Assembly (NCBI RefSeq): GCF_001194135.2
Contig: NC_068998.1
Span: 52,909,068-52,973,067, forward strand
Length of the DNA: 64,000 nt
Direction of reading: 5' to 3'
Source of the DNA: Octopus bimaculoides
Lineage: Eukaryota
Shown: positions 55,016-64,000 of the stretch, piece by piece
How positions within the stretch are numbered: position 1 is the stretch's first letter
How the letters are laid out: each line of letters starts with the position of its first letter
Made by a program: the position numbers and the translations under genes
The notes under the pieces: model-generated
What the model saw: only the letters and a program-made list of their open reading frames with translations
Database searches by the model: none
Told to the model about the DNA's origin: nothing

Positions 55016-56129
55016 TGACACGGCAGAAGTGAATAGACACCCTATAAAACATAGTTTATAACCCTTCATAATGGCAACTGTCTTTTGCTTATAATACACA
55101 TTTCATGTATGCTCTTGGAAGTGAAACGCATTTTTACTTCAGAAAAATCAGGTCACATTTTATGACAAAAGTTACTTTGATTAAACTCATACAGGTAACA
55201 AAAAATAAAGAAAGAAAAAGTTTGGCATAAACATAATGTGTAGTGATTTTATGTTGTAGGAAAATAATACACAAACATTTGCAGAAATATATTTTTGCTA
55301 GATTTGCCGTATTGCAATAACTTTGACGCTCTCATAGATTAATTTCTATTAAGATCTAACACAGTATGTTTAACTAAAAGGGTTGTATTTACTATAACTT
55401 CTTTGATTTTTCCCAACATGATGACTTGATTACAACTCAGATCTTGTGTACTATGTAAATAATATACTTAACTTTTCCCGCTTTTCACCTTATCTCAACT
55501 CGTCACCTTTCATTACTGCATTCTAAGTTAATTCAATTAATTTGCTTGGGAGCTAATTCAATTAATAATCAACTTTAGCTTTGATTCAATAACAAGTGTT
55601 TCTTTCTTTTCTTATATATTGTAGCAGTGCTTTAAGTAATAAATATATCTTATCGCTTTTCGAAATATATTTCACGAATCAAAATTGTTTTTGTTTTATC
55701 TTTTCTTTAAGTATTTAGTTTGCAACCTTTAATTTATTATCGGAGGTGCGTGCATTGTGTTATAATCTTTTTGTCACATTAAATTCATCAATAGAAACGG
55801 CGAATACAAATCTTGCTTACTAACACAACCATTAACAGATACGAAAACCTTCTGTATAAGAGATATCTATCTGACAATGAATTCCCGTTATTCGACACCG
55901 AACACAACTGTCAAGAACTGTGCGGAGAAAAATTAATCCTGCAACTAGAGAAAAGCTTGACCACAAACGGAAAGCAGTTACGTAAGATAGCAACATGGAG
56001 AATCATTGAGTGTTGAGCGACGAGATGTAATCCCCCGGCAAATTCAAGATTGTATTTCGCCTTCGATTTTCAGTTGACATAGGTAATGGAATGGAAGAAT
56101 AGCTGAAGTGTCGGAGGAAATTTAGTTAC

Positions 56130-56196
56130 CATTAGAGTTCATTTGACTGCGACCGGGAAAGATTTGGTAGACGAGAACTGAAAGAAGCCCACTGCG

Positions 56197-56282
<86 letters not shown>

Positions 56283-56525
56283 CACACAGGTATATATATA
56301 TATATATATATATATACATTTTTGTGTGTCCGTCTTTGTCCCCCACATCATCGCGAGACAACCGATGTTTGTGTGTTTACGTCCCCAGAACCAAGCTGTT
56401 CAGCAAAAGATATCGATGGAATAAAACCAAACAATAAGTCCTGGGGCGATTTCATCGACTAAATGCGGTGCCACAGCATGGCCGCGGTGAAATAACTGAA
56501 ACGAATAAAAGAATAAAAGAATATA
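56130..56525 (+). mobile_element. SINE family B copy with a long (CA)n centre
   Basis: gatttggtagacg..aactgaaagaagccc...ttgtccccc...cagcatggccgc..tgaaa. Confidence 0.85.
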
Positions 56526-57247
56526 CAAAGAAAGAGAAAGTGAGTGTGTTTGTGTGTGTTGGAGCTTTTAGTTCTTTTCTTTCTTACAATGACCAATATC
56601 GTTTGAAATGTAATGGTTGGATGATAGAGACGTGATTGAAAACGTTTTTGAATAACTGAACTTTAGAGGCACAAGTGTTTCTCAATAGTTATATATTACT
56701 TTTTAATGAAATGAACATTATGCATGATGGTTGCAGACAGAATAACAGATTTTTTTAAATACTTCTCCATAGAATTACAAGTAATAAAGTCGATATGCAG
56801 TCTTGTTATCAATACTCAGTCTGAAAATAATCAGCAATTTTTTTTCTTTATTGCATCGTCGATAAATCTCAATGTATACATGTACAAATAGTGAACTATC
56901 GATGGCCGAGTCCAATTACCTGTAAATTAATACCATGAATTAATACAAATTAGTACAGAATTCATTCTTTGCACAAATTAAAGTGTCTCTTTTGCATCAC
57001 TGGATGATTTTAGTAATAGCAGCCAAATCTATTTCCAGTCCACGTTATCGAATCACAAATAAAACGATACATTGTACGGTGAAGAAATAAACAAAAAAAA
57101 AATACAGGAGGTCATGTTTTGATTAGTAATCATATTTATAAGGAATTGGATTTAAAAGCCAGCATCATTACCTGCTATATAGCACCTCATTAATTAAGGG
57201 AAATCTTGTGTTAGTAAAGAAATATTCTTTCATGTTTTATCAAATAG

Positions 57248-57990
57248 TCGCAGGCGTGGCTGTGTCGTAAGAAGTTTGCTTTGTAACCAGTGGGGTTTGG
57301 GATCAATCCCAGTGCGATGCATGTTGGGCATTTGTTTTCTATTATTGTCTAAGATCGACGAAAAGTGAAAATGGTAGACAGAAACTGAAAGAACCAGGTT
57401 GCATTTATCTTTTTGTTGTTTCAGTGAATAGATTGTGGCCATGCTGGAGCACCACATTGAAGAACTTTTGGTCAAATGAATCGATTCCGGTAAACATTAC
57501 TTTTTTAAAGCCTGGTATTTATTCTATCGGTGTTCCGCTAAGTTCCGGGGAAGTAAACACACCAACACAGAATGTCAGGAGGTGTGGGGGGACAAAGACA
57601 TACACACACACAAACACACATACTGATATATATATATATGTGTGTATGTGTGTGAGCGTGCGTGTGTATGTGTGCGTGCGTATATTCAAGAGGGGCTTCT
57701 TATAGTTTCCGTCCACTAAAACCCACTCATAGTTCTTTGGTTGGGCCGTGGCTAGAGTATTTATTTGTCTGTGTGTCCGTATTTGTCCCACACCACCGCT
57801 TGACAACCGGTGCCGGCATGTCTGCGTCCCCGTAACATAGCGTTTCGGCAGAAAAAGAGTCCGACAGAGTACGGAGCAGATTTAAAATGTATATAAATCC
57901 TGGGTTGATTATTTCGACTAAAATTGTTAAAGCCGGTGCTCCAGCATGGTTTCCGTCTAATGAGCGAAGCAAAAAATAAAAGATTTAAAA
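57248..57990. mobile_element. Nested SINE family B: a minus copy inserted inside a plus copy
   Basis: Plus head 57248-57400, minus tail-to-head 57405-57760, plus tail 57760-57990. Confidence 0.75.
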
Positions 57991-58492
57991 AAAAAACAGA
58001 AACGAAATGTGCGCTGTTTGTCTCGAAATGATAAACTAATTAAATTCATTGTTTCCTTGAAAATTCTTTTACTTTACATGATTGTAGAATCACCAAATTT
58101 TGGAATCAACTTCGTGGTTTATTCTACTGATTTTCTAACAAGGTATCCTAATACACATATGATTCAGGATGAAGCTTAAGTCTAGATTAAAAATCATCAT
58201 TATTGAGGACTCCTAAATTAATGTCATCGATGCTGTCAATGCTGAACGTGACCAAAATTATTCCACCAGTGACACTGGTGTCAAAATACTTCAAGCACAG
58301 ATTATCTAGGATTATATTATCCGGCCCGTATTTCTTTTAATGTGTTAGTGTGTCATTTGGAAAATATTTGCTTACTAATTCTAGCAAAACGAGTAGTAGT
58401 ATCGATTATCATTTCTCACTGCGTATATATCTCACGGAGGGCTTATAGACCAACAGTGCTTATCAAGCGTTAGTAACACACACACACACACA

Positions 58493-58502
58493 NNNNNNNN
58501 NN
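58493..58502. other. Assembly gap
   Basis: 10 N. Confidence 1.
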
Positions 58503-58540
<38 letters not shown>

Positions 58541-58984
58541 CATACATACATACCACGCGCTTCTACATAGTCTCCTTTTGCTAAATCAGTCGTGAGGTAT
58601 TGGTCGACTCGGAGTTATAGCAGAAGACACTTCTTTTTAATGGACATAAACTATATTCTTTAGATATACCTATTATTTTAAGGAAATTCATTCCCCCAAA
58701 ACATTAGCTATTGAACCAGTATTTCCTTGGATGACGCCATTACATCATGAGGTTTAACATATCCTCGAATTAAATTTATATACATATACATATTAGTCAC
58801 ATAATTGAAAACTGTGTGCGCTTTATTTAGACTAATAATCAACTAATATACATGCTGTGGAATTTTATGTATGATGTCAATTCTAATTTCACACACATCT
58901 ACAATTTTATTGATGTGATATTATGGAACAGCTTCTTGTATATGTATGAAACATTTCATTATTGGAAGGAGTTTCGTTGGTACT

Positions 58985-59595
58985 CTCGACACCAAAATAA
59001 GGTTGAAAAACAACGATGACCTCGGTACGTTTGAACGCAGACGGTAACGAACTGAAACAAATACCGCAACGCCATTCGTCTGAAGCCGCAGCGATTCTGC
59101 CAGCCTGGGGCCTTCAATATTTCTTTCTAATAGGGCGGCGACCGGGCAGAATCGTTAGCAAGCTGGGCGAAATGCCCAGTGGTATTTCGTCTGCCACTAC
59201 GTTCTGAGTTCAAATTCTTCCGAGGTCGACTTTGCCTTTCATCCTTTCAGAACTGATAAATTAAGCACCAGTTACGCACTGAGATCAAAGTAATCGACTT
59301 AATCCCTTTGCCTGTCCTTGTTTGTCCCCTCTATGTTTAGCCCACTGTTTAGCCCCAATAAAGAAATAAATATTTATTCTAATTCAGACAGAAGACCAGC
59401 ACTTTTGTGAAGGAAGAAGTCAGTCGATCGAATCGCCTCCTATACTACTTGGCTGATAGTTTATTTCAATGAAGCCAAGAGAATGAAAGACAAAATTGAT
59501 GGCGGCAGGATGTGAACTCAGTAAATAAACGACCAGAAATAATGTTACAAGATGTTTTTCTCAACGATTTTACGATTCTCTCACTCCACTGCCCT
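58985..59595. mobile_element. Cluster of three SINE family A copies (-, +, -)
   Basis: Minus head 58985-59108, plus copy 59132-59365, minus copy 59385-59595. Confidence 0.8.
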
Positions 59596-60564
59596 TGCTG
59601 TGATATTTATAATCCGGTCCGTAATATTTACCATTTTAAGATTAATTCGGCAGAAAATGATACAGTAGTGTAAATTCTGTAGCATCTCAACTTACCAATT
59701 CAACTTCTAAACTGTGAGTAAGTACGCAGTAAAACTAAGTGTTAGTTATGGGATTCAGTTTGTCTACTTCGTTCTTTAATCTCTCAATAAATATATCATT
59801 CTTATACTTGCGTTTTACCAATATTCATTTACATCCATATTCTAGTAAGGCTGTAACGAGACGAGGTACAGTGCATACTACGTTTTAAAACTAAACTTAA
59901 TCTCATATAAAAGTCTAAAAGAATTTATATACCTTTCACTTTCATCGTAAATCAACGTAGAGATATTTGCAAATGATTTATTAATGATGTAATAGCTTCA
60001 AAACTATAGCAGTTTGGAAGATTCCAAGAAAATTTGGCTGATACTGGTTGAAGAATTTGGTGTCTGCGTCATAATTCGTACAGAGAGGGTAACATAGCGT
60101 AAAACATTCTCTAGAAATATAAATTGCTGAAAAATTAGTTAATGTGACAGCTTATATGAATGAAGATAATTGCAACGATATATATTTTCGTACCTGGCTA
60201 GCCATGTATTTTAGTCTGTTTAACACTATTTCAACATTTCTCTTTGTATCTCTCCAACTGTCTATATTCTCATATATCTAAGTCTATATGTACATGTAAA
60301 ACTTTATTTATCTGTCTGTTTGTCTCTCTCTCTCTCTATTTATTTATCTATCTGTTTATCACTCGGTGTTTATTCGCATTTATTTTTTTATGCTCTTCTT
60401 TCAGTTTATCGTTCTGTCAATAGGATTTTTACTTTCCAACTCAATCAATCTATCGATCTACCTTTCTGTCTATCTGTCTTGTTTTCTTTTCACTTATCAA
60501 TCCTTCCCTCCATCTTGCCTATCTACCTCGTCCACTTGCCTATCTACCTCGTACCCAATCTATG

Positions 60565-60735
<171 letters not shown>

Positions 60736-61284
60736 ACCTACCTACCACTTTCACTTGCGGTTGTGTATGTTTTGGTGTGTCTGTGTGTCTTTCCCACTCT
60801 TTGTTGACATATCAATTTTCCTATTTTGAATTGTTACTTTATGTTAAAATATCAACGCAATTTGTTACATTATTCGAGCGCCTTATACAGTAACCCAACG
60901 ATGTTAGAATGGCGGAGCAGTGTAACAGAAGACTTGCGTCGAATAAGGGACAGTTGAGCACGACATTGAATGAGATAAAATATATAATTTAAAGGATTAT
61001 AAGGTAACATTGTTCATCCTTTTAACTCATGCCCTTTCTCATCTAAGAACAACATGAATGTGATGGAGCGCGCAAGTCAAAAGATATCCTGCGACTACGT
61101 GGCTGGGAGGCAAACTTATTTTCATATATCCACTCCGGCATATTCATGCAACACATTCTGTTAAAAGACATGATCTGCTAAGGAAGAAACAAAAAGGGCA
61201 ACATTCCATTACATGTGTGTGTTTGTGTGTGTGATTGTCAGTGTGTGTCTGTACTTATATAATATATATATGTATGTATGTATG

Positions 61285-61338
<54 letters not shown>

Positions 61339-62088
61339 NNNNNNNNNNNNNNNNNNNNNNNNNNNNNNNNNNNNNNNNNNNNNNNNNNNNNNNNNNNNNN
61401 NNNNNNNNNNNNNNNNNNNNNNNNNNNNNNNNNNNNNNNNNNNNNNNNNNNNNNNNNNNNNNNNNNNNNNNNNNNNNNNNNNNNNNNNNNNNNNNNNNNN
61501 NNNNNNNNNNNNNNNNNNNNNNNNNNNNNNNNNNNNNNNNNNNNNNNNNNNNNNNNNNNNNNNNNNNNNNNNNNNNNNNNNNNNNNNNNNNNNNNNNNNN
61601 NNNNNNNNNNNNNNNNNNNNNNNNNNNNNNNNNNNNNNNNNNNNNNNNNNNNNNNNNNNNNNNNNNNNNNNNNNNNNNNNNNNNNNNNNNNNNNNNNNNN
61701 NNNNNNNNNNNNNNNNNNNNNNNNNNNNNNNNNNNNNNNNNNNNNNNNNNNNNNNNNNNNNNNNNNNNNNNNNNNNNNNNNNNNNNNNNNNNNNNNNNNN
61801 NNNNNNNNNNNNNNNNNNNNNNNNNNNNNNNNNNNNNNNNNNNNNNNNNNNNNNNNNNNNNNNNNNNNNNNNNNNNNNNNNNNNNNNNNNNNNNNNNNNN
61901 NNNNNNNNNNNNNNNNNNNNNNNNNNNNNNNNNNNNNNNNNNNNNNNNNNNNNNNNNNNNNNNNNNNNNNNNNNNNNNNNNNNNNNNNNNNNNNNNNNNN
62001 NNNNNNNNNNNNNNNNNNNNNNNNNNNNNNNNNNNNNNNNNNNNNNNNNNNNNNNNNNNNNNNNNNNNNNNNNNNNNNNNNNNNNNNN
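61339..62088. other. Assembly gap
   Basis: Run of N after (TA)n. Confidence 1.
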
Positions 62089-62230
62089 GTGTGTGTAGGT
62101 ATATGTATATATATACAGATTGTTTTTTTATTCGCCGCTCGTAATATCCTTTCCTTTATATATTCAGTGGAACGGTTATCGACTACTATTTCCAGCAATA
62201 TATCAAAAAGAAATAGTGGCACAACAATCT

Positions 62231-62272
<42 letters not shown>

Positions 62273-62479
62273 TTGTACATACTTTGAATGGTTAAGATGC
62301 TTGTGTTGTAATCACATGGTTTCAGGCTGTCTCACTGCCCGGAACATCGGTTGCGTGACTTCTTCTATGGCTACGAACTACCGGATGACTTGAGAGGGAA
62401 TGTTTCGACGAAAACTGAGTGAAAGCTCCCGTGCACACATATATGATTTTCTGACTAAAGTTTATGTAGTCTTTTTCCC

Positions 62480-62880
62480 TACACAGGATGGCGAATAGTT
62501 AACGGCGTAAGTGACCATATTGAAGAAATTAGCTGACATGGAGCTGAAAGCATCGGGATATTAGAAATGAGGATCCGCATCGGGTTTCAAATCCGACATC
62601 CGAGAACACTGTAAAGAATTTCAGACATGACGTGGACAACTGCAACGGAGACTACAAAGCTGTAGCCAACAAGGAGGGACACACCACTGGAGCTGATGGC
62701 GCAGACGGGTGGTATGCAATGTGACAGGAAAGAAAACACGAGACTTACACTAGAAAAGGAACTAAAATTAAAGAGTAGCTGGATGACTCTCAGACAAAAA
62801 CAAGCGACCAAGCCACCTGAAAAACACTTGGCCTTCTATTAGAAGAAACAGGCAAAACATTTTATAAACACATAATGTCA
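62480..62880 (+). mobile_element. Decayed RTE-like LINE 3' region
   Basis: ILKKLADME (cf. KKLEAFEM), RRLQ and *LDD (cf. RWLDDI) remnants across frameshifts. Confidence 0.45.
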
Positions 62881-63573
62881 TCAGGAATTCATCCAGACTG
62901 AACAATTCACAACTGTCAAAGAAAATTATGTAACCAGAGCATTCGCAAATCAAATGACGTATTCAGGCAGTTATTCTAACAAAACATTAGGCTACGGGTG
63001 TACAAAAAATAATTGACGCCATTGAATTTACAACCAATCAGGAATGCAACCTATATCGTAAAACACACATATAATGCTATTTTAACTGAAAATTGTTCAA
63101 GATCTCAACATCAGATTCAACGATTAATAATTCTCCTTCATGTATTACTACAGAAATTCTAAGAAATGTCTTTTTCCTTATTTTTCAAATGTTCAGCGTT
63201 TCTAATTGTTAATAGAACATATTGCTGTTAAACGTACTAAATTCTCGGTCACGTATTAGTCCTTTAACATATGAACTTTTAGTATTTGATGTGAAAGTGT
63301 AATTTATTGAGCATCTGAATTTGTGCGATCGTTGGTTTGCTTGAACACGTATTACCAAATACCATTTTGTGCATTCAGCTTCTTTTCTTTATATTTATTT
63401 ATTGAATAGTGAAATCTTATAACACAATATATTGAAACCGGTATGGTATTTTAATAAATATGTAAACAATTTCAGAAACAAATCAATTCGTTTTCGAACT
63501 CAGGTGTATTCTAAACGTCAACACTAAATGTATGTATATATACACACACGTTATATATACATACATATATATG

Positions 63574-63629
<56 letters not shown>

Positions 63630-64000
63630 TCTGTCTGTCTGTCTGCCTGTGTATATACTTGTATATTTTTGTCTAAGTATACGTATTTGATTTTGTATTA
63701 GTCTGAGTGAAGAGAATAACATGTATCCTACATAATACAGTTTTAATCTAGTCTCTGTACGTACACTGACGTTCTTTGATATTCGCTATTTATACTTCCG
63801 TTTGCCATTCACAAGTGATTGCTAATGGTTCCTCGGACATCCACGAGGCAACATCGAGTAGAAACACATAATTAGAAGCACACTCTGTCTCGCCCATTTT
63901 CTAACATATGTTCACATGAAAAGATACAATCTCACATATTTAAACTCATGCATTTCGATCTATTAATGAGATGGAATACATATATTCGTGAGAAGGATCT

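Noticed and set aside
62487-62506. 20-nt segment with a strong acceptor and GTAAGT donor reading WRIVNG, like a trypsin-family activation site
   Set aside because: It lies within the decayed RTE-like remnant, and no other protease exons are visible; at most a cryptic exon

Overview
AT-rich, microsatellite-dense animal genomic DNA from a gapped draft assembly (six N-gaps, five of them next to a (TA)n tract). The tRNA-derived SINE families and LINE types look like those of Octopus; this is recognition from memory, not a database result. I cannot confidently name any cellular gene, and I see no rRNA, intact tRNA or CRISPR array. Almost all long ORFs in the supplied track are artefacts of simple repeats or Ns. 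Supported content: (i) dozens of copies of three SINE families, here called A, B and C; (ii) decayed non-LTR retrotransposons: an RTE-like fossil at ~9.8-13.5 kb with EN, RT and zinc-finger remnants in order, further RTE-like remnants, an R4/Dong-like RT fragment, two L1/Tx1-like 3' ends, CR1-like 3' pieces and a Penelope-like terminal fragment; (iii) a mariner-derived element carrying an inverted copy of its own start, and a 253-bp palindromic MITE. The best leads are in repeat-free islands: a 22/24-bp hairpin (50850-50932) inside a candidate minus-strand terminal exon, a phase-compatible chain of minus-strand exon candidates (50.8-60.3 kb), twin micro-exon candidates that both encode AFTFK with only synonymous differences, a TATA/Inr/donor module at 28.6 kb and a palindromic CArG box at 46.1 kb. 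All of these are hypotheses that need RNA data.
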